Part shown: positions 13,201 through 26,003 of the stretch, piece after piece
Numbering within the stretch: the first letter of the stretch is position 1
Layout of the letters: the number at the start of each line of letters is the position of its first letter
Assembly (NCBI RefSeq): GCF_009914755.1
Contig: NC_060936.1
Source: the human T2T-CHM13v2.0 reference genome, Homo sapiens
DNA length: 64,000 nucleotides
Reading direction: 5' to 3' (one strand)
The notes under the pieces: model-generated
Databases searched by the model: none
What the model saw: only the letters and a program-made list of their open reading frames with translations
What the model was told of the DNA's origin: nothing
Translations under genes and position numbers: made by a program

Positions 13201-14072
13201 AATCAGATTGCTGCATTCCAAAATTTGCTCAGGAGCGATAAAAATAAACTCCAAGCATCCACATATTTGATCAATTTACTTTTATCCTTTAATCGAATAA
13301 GCCTCAGCCCTGCAATCAGGAAGAAAAACATTTCGCTAAGCATTTCATTTCTCCAGTGATTCATCTAGCAGTGGTCTCAAAGTTGACAGGATGAGAATAA
13401 GGTATTTAATGCTGAAATAATTTTTATGACCACATCACAAGAGGCTGGAATGGCTTTTAAGGTACATCATATTTTAATCACAAGCACACATACAACATAC
13501 ATTGCTCAAAAACTTTGGAAAAGATTGAATTGGAATACCAGAATCATAATATCATTATCAAGAAAAGGAGGGCTGGCTTTTTTTTTTTTTTCAGTCTATA
13601 ATTCCTTCTGTGTTTTTGGTTGGCCTGACAGACTTGGAAGAAAACTGTTTTAGAAAGAAAGTAACAAAAAGTACATCCAAAAGGAGGTTTCAAATCAGCA
13701 GATGCCCACACATGTTAAAATTGGCAATCTCGCTGTTTTGTGTACTCATGAGCTGGAGGGAAGGCCTCCTTCGAAGCATCAGAAAGATACCCAGAAGGCA
13801 GAGACATCTGCAGAAGGCTGGGACATTTCAGGGACCAGACACATAGCCACTGTCTCCCGCTAGCCTGTTCCAGGCTCCATACCCCTATTTTCAGTGGAAG
13901 GAGGGAAATAAAACTGTCACTGTGGCATCTACTGCTAAGGCTCAGGTCACCCTCTTTTTAAAAGCTGCCACTTAGGTCCAGGGACCCAGGAAGAACAAGG
14001 CAAAAAGAAGTGGGTAAGAGAAGAAGGAAAGGTACTAAGAGTGGGAAGGCTAATAAGAGTTGTTGGTAGTCG

Positions 14073-14323
14073 GTTTTTTTGTTTTTTTGTTTTTGTTTTT
14101 GTTTTTTGTTTGTTTGTTTTGTTTTTTGAGACAGTCTTGCTCTGATCGTGCACCATGATCTCAGCTCACTACAACCTCCGCCTCCTGATTTAAGGAATCG
14201 TCATGCCTCAGCCTCCTGAGTAGCTGGGACTACAGGCGCCCGCCACCACACCCAGTTAATTTTTGTATTTTTAGTAGAGACGGTGTTTTACCATGTTCGC
14301 CAGGTGGATGGATTGCTTGAGGC
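14073..14323 (-). mobile_element. 5'-truncated AluS with a short inverted Alu segment
   Basis: (TTTTTG)n tail, right arm and middle A-rich linker antisense to ~14304, then sense Alu-like CAGGTGGATGGATTGCTTGAGGC; flanking GGCTA(A/T)TAAGAGTT repeats. Confidence 0.88.
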
Positions 14324-14399
14324 TATTAAGAGTTTTGGAGACAGGATGATGTGGTGGGAAAACCAAACCACAAGAGCAAAAGAGAGAGAAGAGGGAGGT

Positions 14400-14610
14400 C
14401 CCAAGCTTTGGAACTAGAGAAACTTGGGCTCAAATCCTAAATCTGCTATTTCTCTTGGTGTGATCTTGAATCAGTTACTTAACCTGTCTGAGTTTCTGCT
14501 TCACAATTGAATAACAAGGGAATCACATCTAATGTACTAGCTTATCGTGAGCATTAGTGAAAGCTCTTAGGACTGTACCTGAAATATAATAAGTACATAA
14601 TAGTTTTCAT
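14400..14610. mobile_element. MIR SINE
   Basis: GCTTTGGAACTAGAGAAACTTGGGCTCAAATCC..GTGTGATCTTGAATCAGTTACTTAACCTGTCTGAG. Confidence 0.75.
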
Positions 14611-15339
14611 ATTTCTTCTTGCCCTTCAACCCCTTCAAAGGTAAGGAAACAGAATAAAGTAGAGTGTGTCACTCAATTAAAATATTGTCCCTCATCTCTG
14701 AAACCCCTCCGTGGTTCACCACTGTCTACAAAATGGAGTGCCAACTTCCTGGCAAAGCCTGCCAGCTGCACAATCGCACAATCTGGCTCCAGGCTGGTAT
14801 AATTAGATACCTCCCCTCCTGCACGCATCTGGGTGCCTTACACCCCATCACCACCAGACCATTTTGTTCTCTCACTTCTTTGCTCTTACTTATGTTGGTT
14901 TCAGCTTGGGATTCCAAACTCTACTTATTTGCTCATGGAAATCCTACATTCTGTCTGCCTTCCCTTCTCCTTTATTGAGCAACCACAGTATGCCAGCACT
15001 GTGCTGGGAGGCAGAAACGAAGAGAAACACCACTGGGCTTGATTTGAGAGACTTTTCAAAGACTAGTTTTAATATGATCAAGGGAACAATGAAATCTGCT
15101 GGAAGAATGTGGAGGGTATGGAGAACGGACACAAAAAGGAGGTAGCAATTGAGCTGGGCTATGAAGGTTTTGTAGAAGTCTTTTCAGAAGGGAGAAGGCA
15201 GAGGGGCAGTGGTAGCAAAGACAATGAAAATGACAATATTTTGAGGGAGTGAAATCCTAAATTATGCTCTGTAGCTGGAGGAAAATCGAGTGGGGAAGAA
15301 CCAACAGGAGGGAATGGCTGGGAGGTGGTACAGGTGGTG

Positions 15340-15786
15340 TGTGTTAGTCCATTTTTGCATTGCCTTATAGGAATAGCTGAGGCTGGGTAATTTACAAAGA
15401 AAAGAGGCTTGATTGGCTTAGGGTTCTGCAGGGTTTTTAAAACGTGTGGTGCCAGCATCTGCTCGGCTTCTGGGGAGGCCTCAGTCAGGAAATTTCCAAT
15501 CATGGCAGAAGTCGAAGTGGGAGCAGGGAGGTCATATGGGGAGAGCTGGAGCAAGAGAGAAGGAGTAAGAGAGAGAAGGGGAAGGTTCCCAGACTCCTTT
15601 AAACAACCAGATCTTGCATGAACTAATGGAGCAATAACTAAATTGTGAGCAGGGGAATGATACTAGACCATTCATGAGGGATTTGCTTCCATGATCGAAT
15701 CACCTACACCCAGGCACCACCTCCCAACATTGGGAAGCACGTTGCAACAGGAAATTTGGAGGGGCCAAACATCCTAAACCATATTG
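15340..15786 (-). mobile_element. MSTA/MSTB MaLR solo LTR
   Basis: TGTGTTAGTCCATTTTTGCATTG...GGTGCCAGCATCTGCTCGGCTTCTGGGGAGGCCTCAG...AAACCATATTG; 5-bp TSD TGGTG (15335-39 / 15787-91). Confidence 0.9.
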
Positions 15787-16463
15787 TGGTGTACACAACC
15801 CTAAGCTGGCGACATGCACTATCTTATGACATGCACCACAAGCTCTGCCCACCACTTCACAGCTGTTTATCCCTGAGCAGTTCCTTCACCTTTTTATGCT
15901 TCAGTTTGTTCTTCTATAAAGTGGAGGTAAAACTAGCTCCTAGACATGAGAACATGTGAGGATAAGATGAGGTGATCCCTGTAATATTCCTTCCCGCAGA
16001 AACTCTGACAACATAGGAAGTGCTGAGCACGCGTTAGTGATTCATTTTTTTAAAAGTCTAACTAAAATGCCAGCTCTTCTGTTCAAATTTCCCTGACATC
16101 CTGAGTTAACACTCACTCCTTTGTCCTTTGTGCTTTCGTGGCACTTTTGTAAACCTCTGGTTAGCACTTGTTTTACAGTCTTTTGCATCACAGCGTATTT
16201 GTTTTTCTACTTCTCCATCTGACAAATGAAACCCTGTGTCTTATTCATTCATCTGTGGCATTCCCTACTTTGAAAGCACAATACTTTGACTATGGTGGTT
16301 AATTACTCAACTATTGTTGAAGGAATGAATAAACCCCTTATTAAACAGTTTATGATGATTTAATTTTAAGAAATATTAGAGCTAACAAAATATCCTCCAA
16401 ACCAGTATCTTTCAAACTGTTTTATCAACCCCCAGTAAGACATGCATTTTACATCAAGACCAG

Positions 16464-16496
<33 letters not shown>

Positions 16497-16548
16497 CATT
16501 TATGTAAATACACACACACACATATGTATATATATATATATATATATA
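16464..16548. repeat. Compound (TG)n/(CA)n/(TA)n microsatellite
   Basis: Directly visible dinucleotide runs. Confidence 0.9.
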
Positions 16549-16561
16549 AATGTTTGTAGTT

Positions 16562-18033
16562 AAACCACTGCTCAATGAAATAAAAGAGGATACAAACAAA
16601 TGGAAGAACATTCCATGCTCAAGGGTAGGAAGAATCAATATCATGAAAATGGCCATACTGCCCAAGGTAATTTATAGATTCAATGCCATCCCCATCAAGA
16701 TACCAATGACTTTCTTCAAAGAATTGGAAAAAACTACTTTAAAGTTCATATGGAACCAAAAAGGAGCCCGCATTGCCAAGTCAATCCTAAGCCAAAAGAA
16801 CAAAGCTGGAGGCATCACGTTACCTCACTTCAAACTATACTACAAGACTACAGTAACCAAAACAGCATGGTACTGGTACCAAAACAGAGATGTAGACCAA
16901 TGGAACGGAACAGAGCCCTCAAAAATAATGCCACATATCTACAACTATCTGATCTTTGAAAAATCTGACAAAAACAAGAAATGGGGAAAGGATTCCCTAT
17001 TTAATAAATGGTGCTGGGAAAACTGGCTAGCCATATGTAGAAAGCTGAAACTGGATGCCTTCCTTACACCTTATACAAAATTAATTCAAGATGGATTAAA
17101 GACTTAAATCTTAGACCTAAAACCATAAAAACCCTAGAAGAATACCTAGGCAATACCATTCAGGACATAGGCATGGGCAAGGACTTCATGTCTAAAACAC
17201 CAAAAGCCATGGCAACAAAAGCCAAAATACACAAATGGGATCTAATTAAACTAAAGAGCTTCTGCACAGCAAAAGAAACTACCATCAGAGTGAACAGGCA
17301 ACCTACAGAATGGGAGAAAATTTTCGCAATCTGCTCATCTGACAAAGGGCTAATATCCAGAATCTACAAAGAATTCAAACAAATTTACAAGAAAAAAACA
17401 AACAACCCCATCAAAAATTGGGCGAAGGATATGAACAGACACTTCTCAAAAGAAGACATTTATGTAGCCAAAAGACACATGAAAAAATGCTCATCATCAC
17501 TGGCCATCAGAGAAATGCAAATCAAAACCACAATGAGATACCATCTCACACCAGTTAGAGTGGCAATCATTAAAAAGTCAGGAAACAACAGGTTCTGGAG
17601 AGGATGTGGAGAACTAGGAACAATTTTACACTGTTGGTGGGACTGTAAACTAGCTCAACCATTGTTGAAGTCAGTGTGGCGATTCCTCAGAGATCTAGAA
17701 CTAGAAATACCATTTGACCCAGCCATCCCATTACTGGGTATATACCCAAAGGATTATAAATCATGCTGCTATAAAGACACATGTACACGTATGTTTATTG
17801 CGGCACTATTCACAATAGCAAAGACTTGGAACCAACCCAAATGTCCAACAATGATAGACTGGATTAAGAAAATGTGGCACATATACACCATGGAATACTA
17901 TGCAGCCATAAAAAATGATGAGTTCATGTCATTTGTAGGGACATGGACGAAGCTGGAAACCATCATTCTCAGCAAACTATGGCAAGGACAAAAAACCAAA
18001 CACCACGTGTTCTCACTCATAGGTGAGAATTGA
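16562..18033 (+). pseudogene. L1 ORF2 C-terminal fragment, frameshifted near 17080
   Basis: No 5' portion; 1-nt loss in TACAAAA(A)TTAATTCAAG breaks the frame between the two ORFs. Confidence 0.85.
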
Positions 18034-18253
18034 ACTATGAGAACACATGGACACAGGAAGGGGAACATCACACACCGGGGCCTGTTTTGGGGTGTGGGGA
18101 GGGGGGAGGGATAGCATTAGGAGATATACCTACCGTTAAATGATGAGTTAATGGGTGCAGCACACCAACATGGCACATGTATATACATGTAACAAACCTG
18201 CACATTGTGCACATGTACCCTAAAACTTAAAGTATAATAATAAAACAAACAAG
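16562..18253 (+). mobile_element. L1PA (L1PA3-5-like) 5'-truncated LINE-1: ORF2 3' part, 3'UTR and short A-tail
   Basis: ORFs 16550-17107 and 17173-18033 translate to the L1 ORF2p C-terminus ([20 protein letters not shown]..., HCWWDC zinc knuckle); G-rich 3'UTR; ends TAAAACTTAAAGTATAATAA. Confidence 0.97.
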
Positions 18254-18410
18254 AATCTAATTCGACCTCAAACTTTTGGCCAAGAAATGTCCTTCCATAG
18301 CACCTTTAAGAGAAAGAAAGTTGGGGAAGAATTTCTCAATGAACAAGACACACCAAAGTCCTAATGGCAGAGCTGAAATTAATTTAAATGCCTTTGAAAT
18401 GCTCATCCTT

Positions 18411-18749
18411 GAGTTCGTGTCCTTTGCAGGGACATGGATGAAGCTGGAAACCATCATTCTCAGCAAACTATCACAAGGACAGAAAACCAAACACTGCATG
18501 TTCTCACTCATAGGTGGGAATTGAACAATGAGATCACTTGGACATAGGGTGGGGAACATCACACACCACGGCCTGTCAGGGACTGGGGGACTGGGGGAGG
18601 GATAGCATTAGGAGAAATACCTAATGTAAATGATGAGTTGATGGGTGCAGTAAACCAACATGGCACATGTATACCTATGTATCAAACCTGCACGTTGTAC
18701 ACATGTACCCTAGAACTTAAAGTATAATTAAAATAAATAAATAAATAAA
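18411..18749 (+). mobile_element. Second, older L1PA (L1PA5/6-like) 3' end
   Basis: GAGTTCGTGTCCTTTGCAGGGACATGGATGAAGCTGG...GGAGAAATACCTAATGTAAATG...CCCTAGAACTTAAAGTATAA + (TAAA)n. Confidence 0.93.
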
Positions 18750-18842
18750 TGTTTGTAGTTAAGTGAAACAAAACAAAAATTTCATGATACATTAAACTTA
18801 CTACTACAATACATTCTGATATGTTCTCATCTAATCTTTTTA

Positions 18843-19060
18843 ACAAACTTTTTTATTTTAGAAGAGTTTCGAATTTAAAAATTGCTATGAAGATATTACA
18901 GAAATTTGCTATATGCCTCATACCAGCTTTTGCTATTAACATCTTACATCAGTATATTTTTTGCAACTAATGAACCAATATGTCTACACTGTGAACTAAT
19001 GGCCATACTTCATTCAGATTTCCTCATTTTTTCCCCTAATGTACTGTTTCAATACCATGA
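18843..19060 (-). mobile_element. Ancient L1M (L1MC/MD-like) 3' end
   Basis: TATTAACATCTTACAT..GCAACTAATGAACCAATAT..CCATACTT.ATTCAGATTTCCTCA. Confidence 0.6.
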
Positions 19061-19314
19061 AAACCTGATATTGAAATAACTCAGAACTACAAATTTACCC
19101 TCTTTGAGATTGCTCCAGTAACTTCTTTTAAAATAGTGGGCTATTAGAACTGAATGAGACTTTTGAGATAATTCCATCAAGTTTTTCATTTTATTTATTT
19201 TTTAATAAGTTATATAATTTATTATTATTAAAGCATGAGTTTTTTCCCATATGGATAGATTATTATTTTCAATCAGTATATGCATGCAATTTTAAAATCA
19301 ACTGTACCACTATT

Positions 19315-20393
<1,079 letters not shown>

Positions 20394-21199
20394 TCATCTT
20401 AGACCTGGGGAAGATATGTCTCAGCGAGGTTAGGCAACTGGTACCAGAGCTAGTGAGTTTTCGAGCCAAGAGTCAAACTCAGGAACTCCTGAGAAACTGT
20501 CCTCATTTATATTTAGTAAAAATACTACTTAAGGAATTCCACTTCTGCTTAGAATGTTAGAAGCCCCAAGAGAACCTTGATTCCACCCTAATGAGAGAAA
20601 AAAAAACCAGATTATTTATAAAATCATCACTTTTCTTGAGGCCATCAGACAGCTGAGATTGCCAAGCTACCCAATAAACAGCAATCCAGAGACAAGCAAG
20701 TCCCTCAGGAACAGCTGCCTCACCTTTAGCAGAACATGGGAGAAAGAGGTGGCCACTGACCCAGTGGATAGGAGGAAATCAGCTCAGATGTTAACAATTC
20801 TGAAAGGCTGATGGGGCTGGCATGTCAGCTTGGGATGGCTAGGAACCCAGGGGGCAAAGGCGCTCGCTCACAAGCTTCATTCCAGACACCTCCACTGTAT
20901 GTCCACAGGAAAGATCAGAGGCAGATAGGGGAATGGGGAGCCCCAGATGTGGCCCAGATGCACACAAGGGGACAGACATGAGGCCTCACTGCTTCCCAGA
21001 CCCTCCCCCTAGAAAGCGAACTCTTGAACTCTTTCCTGCTGAAGAGGAGAAGTGAATCCTCTGTCCAAAGGCCCAGAAAAATTCATCGCCTCTGAATCAG
21101 GGGTAGAAACCCAACCTTCTGCCCGTAGGAAGGGAACAGGAAGCCACCTTGGAGGCAGCATGGTGAACTGGCACTAAGCAGGAGCTGGCCGTTGATGCA

Positions 21200-21652
21200 G
21201 GAGGTTGTAACAGACTCCTACAGCCGCTGTAACAAAGTACCACAAATGGGGTGGCTTCTACAACAGAAATGCATGGAGGGCAGAAGTCCAAAATCAGGGT
21301 GTCAGCAGAGTTGGCTCATTCTGGAGGCTCTGAAGGAGGATCTGTTTTATGCCTCTTGCCTTGCTTCTGGTGTGGCCAACAATCCTTGGCTTACCTTGGC
21401 TTGTAGGTGCATCCCTCCTATCTCTGCCTCTGTCATCACCTAGCCTTCTTCCCTGTGTGTGTCTTTGTGTCTCTGTATCTCCCTCTCTTTTCTCTTATAA
21501 AGACATCAGTCATTAGATTTAGGGCCCATCCTAATTCATGATGGCCTCATCTTCACTAGTAATGTCTGCAAGGACCCTATACCCAAATAAGGTCGCATCC
21601 TGAGGTTGCAGGTAGACCTGAATTTTGAGAGAGACACTGTCCAACTCAGTAC
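21200..21652 (-). mobile_element. MLT1C-like MaLR LTR
   Basis: GCTGTAACAAAGTACCACAAA..GAAGTCCAAAATCAGGGTGTCAGCAG..CTTATAAAGACATCAGTCATTAGATTTAGGGCCCA. Confidence 0.85.
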
Positions 21653-21872
21653 AGAGGGATAGGAAACTCCTCATGCCCAAGACCAACCAGCAACTCAAGG
21701 CAGAATTTGGCTGCCATGAGAAGATGCGACAGGAATGCTGAAAATACCTATCTCCCAAGGCCCAGGCACATATGACCTGAGAAAGGCTGAGGCTGGGCCA
21801 TGGCGACAGACTAAGCCCTGCCTCCACCAGGAGCAAGCAACCTTGGGAAGAGCAAGGGCATGGAGAGAGAGA

Positions 21873-22051
21873 ATGTATTATGAACTGAATGTTTGCATCC
21901 CTCCAAAATTCCTATTTTGGAGCCCTAACCCCCAGTGTGTCTGTATTTGGAGAAGGAGCCTCTCCGGAACTAATTAAGGTTAAATGCAGTCATAAGAGTG
22001 GGGTCCTGATCAGAAAGGATTAGTGGCCTTACAAAAAGAGACACTAGAGCT

Positions 22052-22082
<31 letters not shown>

Positions 22083-22288
22083 TTCTCTCTTTATCTGAGT
22101 GCATGCACTAAGGAAAGGCCATGCAAAGATGCAGTAAGAAGGTGGCTGTCTGCAACCTAAAGAGAGCCCTCACAAGACACCACCAACTCCTTGATCTTGG
22201 ACTTTCAGCCTTCAGTACTAGAGAAGATAAATGCCTGTTGTTTAAGCCACCCAGCCTATGGTGTTTTGTCACCCAAGCAGACTAATAC
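21873..22288 (+). mobile_element. MLT1A1/MSTD-like MaLR LTR
   Basis: TATGAACTGAATGTTTG..CCAAAATTC..AATTAAGGTTAAATG..TTGATCTTGGACTT..GTTTAAGCCACCCAG..GACTAATACA. Confidence 0.85.
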
Positions 22289-22596
22289 AGAACTACTCTT
22301 GACCCAGGGCCTATTGAAAGCTGAGACGGAGCAGAAACGAGGAATACCCTCCATCTGTCCTGGCCCCATGGGAAGCCCTAGGTAACAGCAGCCCCTGCAG
22401 GGGCAATCAGAAGCCTGCAGTATGTGGAGAATAACTATAGTGACCATAAAACTCAAACCGAATTCAACTCCTTACTATACTCACTCAACTTTTCATGAGA
22501 AAATATGAGGTGTGCCCATTTCTGTATATAAATACTAAATACTAGCTTAATGCTTCCTGATGACCACCAGATAAAGAAGGAACAGAGGGACTTTCT

Positions 22597-22801
22597 TGGA
22601 TGAAATGGGGGCAAGAAGACACTTCAGAGGCAGGTAGGGGAATGGGGAGCCCCAGATGTGGCCCAGATGCACAACAGGGGACAGACATGAGGCCTCACTG
22701 CTTCCCAGACCCTCCCCCTAGAAAGCGAACTCTTGAACTCTTTCCTGCTAAGGAGGAGTAGTGAATCCTCTGGATGAAATGGGGGCAAGGAGACACTTCA
22801 G
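22597..22801. repeat. Dispersed direct duplication: 22624-22772 copies 20915-21063, flanked by 31-bp direct repeats
   Basis: Near-identical ~149-bp copies; TGGATGAAATGGGGGCAAG(A/G)AGACACTTCAG at 22597-22627 and 22771-22801. Confidence 0.95.
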
Positions 22802-23479
22802 CAACTCCATCTGCCCCTCTGTAACTCCCTACTCAGGGAGAATTTCTTTTTTCAATAGCAGTGCCAGCTTTGATGACTCCCTTCTTAGTTGCTCCTCAAT
22901 CACACTTTATGAGTCGAGTAAAAACCAGGGATCAGTGGACCAACGGTAACTGGGGAAAAACAGAGCCAAGCACATGTATTTTTTTTTCAGCATTTTTGAT
23001 GTATCTCCAACATACTCAAATCTCTTTAGACTTACAGTTTTAGACATTCGGCTTAATGGGAAACATTCAACACAGCCCTGCATGAATTACTAGTAATTTA
23101 TTGAGATCACTTTGAGAATCTCAAGTGCAGACACTGCTGAGATTGCCGGGGCCTAACGTCGTGTGAAAGCTTTTTGATGAATCCAGATTGCAAAGGGCCC
23201 ATTAATCCAATGATGTTCTCTGCTCTGTTTTCTTTTTCTAGTGATTTTCCTAGAAAAGGCCTAAGGTGGATGGAGGCTTGCTGTTTGCAGCAAGGCTGTG
23301 AACATGTGCCTTCTGCCTTGTTCAGCAGGACTCTTCTCCTGCTCATTCCTAAGGAGGTGAGGAGTCCAGCAGAAATCCTGCACTATTTTTGGATGGTTGA
23401 CACATTTTCGTGCCTACCCTTACCTGGTTCCAAATGATGCATGTCCCCTAACTTCTACCTCTCAAGAGGTTATACAACA

Positions 23480-23670
23480 GTGTGAATTCTCTTGTTAGAC
23501 TGCACCAGGTTCAAATCCCAGCCCTGTCACTTACTAACTTTGTGACTTTGGATAAGTTACTTAAGCTCTCTATGCCTGATGGATTTATAGATAGACAGGC
23601 ATAGAAGCAGATCACTTAGAACAGTGCTTGATCCTCAGTATGCCCTACGAACTATTAATTACTATTACCA
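23480..23670. mobile_element. MIR SINE
   Basis: GGTTCAAATCCCAGCCCTGTCACTTACTAACTTTGTGACTTTGGATAAGTTACTTAA. Confidence 0.8.
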
Positions 23671-24179
23671 CCTAAACTTGAATCTCCTTCAAGACCTGTT
23701 GCTTTCTACCGTGGCTCTCTGAATCAGTCTCGCGGTTGAGGTGCACCTTAACTCACAAGCAGCATCCTTACTCTGTCATCTGTGCCTCCCACAGTGCCCA
23801 TGGAATACCCTGCTGTGTTGCTTCATCTGCCTCTTCCTCAAAACTGGGAGCTTCCTCAGGTCAGGGCAATGACTTGACTTTGATCAATTCACATGTCTGG
23901 CACCTCCTCAGCACAGGGTTTGACTCATATACAGTACTCATAAATGTTCCAAAATAGATGAAAAAATAATCTCCCTAATGCATAGAGGTGGGGGAAGTGG
24001 GGTACCAACATTCACCAGATGCCTAACAAATACTAGGCATTTAGCTGATTTTATTTATTAGTCATGGAGAAATATTGTTAGTGCCTTACTTATTAATGGT
24101 TCACTTATTAGCAGGTCTTTATTAGTAGGTCAAATATAAGCGATTTTTTTTGATTATGGTATATAACAAAACCCAATGA

Positions 24180-24420
24180 GAAAGGAGTGAAGACCATGGG
24201 TGGACTCTGCAGGCCGACTGTCTTGGTTCAGAGCCAAGCTCCGCACAGGCTGTGTGACCTAGGGCAAGTTACTCTCTGTGCCTCTATTTTCTCAACTGTT
24301 TTATGGGGATGATAATAGGACAGTGAGGATTAAATTACATGTATAGTTAATACACATAAAACACTAATAACAGTGGCTGGTACATGGTAAAAGCTCCATA
24401 AATGTTAGCATTACTATTAC
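24180..24420. mobile_element. MIR SINE
   Basis: GCTGTGTGACCTAGGGCAAGTTACTCTCTGTGCCTC..GGGATGATAATAG..GTGAGGATTAAAT. Confidence 0.8.
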
Positions 24421-26003
24421 ATAGTGTTTAATATTTTAATGCAGTAATGTATGTATTACAATCAAATTTTAATAAATAAAATGTTGGCTGACTGTATTTT
24501 GTAGGCCAGGAAGAGTATGTACTGGAAATAGTCACCCTTTGAGGAGAGAAATAAGTAACAGAATAAACTGATGGTGCATAGAACATTGAAGTTAGAGTAA
24601 GAAAACCTCGTTTCCAGTCCTTATCTCATCACCCACTGGCTATGCCACCCTGGCATGTTCTCAGCCTCTCTAAGCCTCCCTCCTCCCCTTGCCTAGGAAT
24701 TGGAAATGATGAGGACACCCTCTCAGGAGACTGGGAAAATTAGCAGAGATCACATTGATGAAAGGACTTACCATAACACCTGAGACATTGGGGCACCCAA
24801 GGAACCTAAGATGATGGCATCTATCATGTTTTTATTGTACTCATTTATATTTTTCCAAAGATATATTCACTCTCTGACATGTAAACCATGGAAAGCGCTT
24901 AAAAATAAACACCTGTCATTTAGAGTTGGCAACAGCTCCCTGAAAACTCCCTGAGTTGACTTGTCAGAACAGCAGAAAGGGACTGAGTGTGGAGAGTGGA
25001 CTGAGGCCAACATCCTTCAATACTGAAGAAACAGCTTCTTGGTCAATTCGGTAGAAGGAACTCACTTTCTTAGCCTCCAGGGATTTCACTGAATTAGCCT
25101 ATAGTAAATAGAGGGAGTCTCTGTGAACAAGACTTTCCAATTGATTTGAAGTAGGAGATGTGTTGGTGGGTGAAGCCAAGAAAGAAGTAGTCACTGCCCA
25201 GAATATGCCATGAATGGAGTGGGGACGGTGTGGGCCATCTTCCAGTTGAAATGCACGAGAGACCTCAGAGTTGGAGACAGCAGGTATCATGGATGGTGGG
25301 AGCAAGGAGTAGGGCTTGGGGATACGTCAAAGGTGTTGAACAGTCGTTCCAGTGGGTTCCACTGCCTTCCTTTCCCACTCCCAACTCTCAGAAGCCTGGA
25401 TTTTACTGCAGACAGAAGTCTGGTAAGCACTGATGTACCTAGTGTGGGAGCTGGCAGCTCAGAATAATGTCCTCCTCATGCTGGTACTGGGCACTTCAGG
25501 CTGCCAGCTTGATCCCTCCCCAACCCTGCAAGTATTAAGTCCTACCAGTTCAAGTACAAGGAGTTCTCAGTCCAGAAAAAGGCTCATTGAAAACAACTCC
25601 ATGGCTGAAGGCACATGTGCTAGGTTTCTAGAACACTCAATCCAGTCTTTCATGGAATGTCTGGGTGACTGTGGCTGTTAAGCTTGGAAGATATAGGGCT
25701 GCAGAGGACATCAGTACATTGCAAATAGTGTATGTTATCAAACGCTGTAATTTAACGTTACAGGTAGCATCGGGCAAAGATAAAGTCAGAAAATCTAGTT
25801 GCATTGTGTTTTTCAAAAAATCTAGTTTGAAAATCTTTGGAGAAGTTCAAATTCAAACTTCATCCAAAGACATGCCAGACAAATGAGAGGCCTTTTGTTA
25901 TAGAGCAAATCTTGTCCCTAAATTGACAAACAAGACATACATTCTCTATTATACTTTAATAGTTTGTAGAATGTTTCCACTGAAAATTTATCCCTCTTCT
26001 GCC

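Larger units (their letters stand above)
16403..18840. mobile_element. MER112-like hAT MITE split by the L1 insertion (parts ~16403-16561 and ~18763-18840)
   Basis: TTTCAAACT..CAGTAAGACATGCATTTTACATC on the left; GAAACAAAA..TTTCATGA..ACTTACTACTAC..ACATTCTGATAT on the right; a related copy lies at ~47115-47300. Confidence 0.5.
20530..22560 (+). mobile_element. Probable ancient L1M 5'-region relic interrupted by two MaLR LTRs
   Basis: ACTTCTGCTT..GAAAAAAA.CCAGAT..AAAATCATCACTTTTCTTGAGGCCATCAGA.AGCTGAG resembles old L1M 5' ends. Confidence 0.4.

Noticed and set aside
16550-18033. 185-aa and 286-aa ORFs as a gene
   Set aside because: They are a 5'-truncated, frameshifted L1 ORF2; the first ATG comes from the TSD
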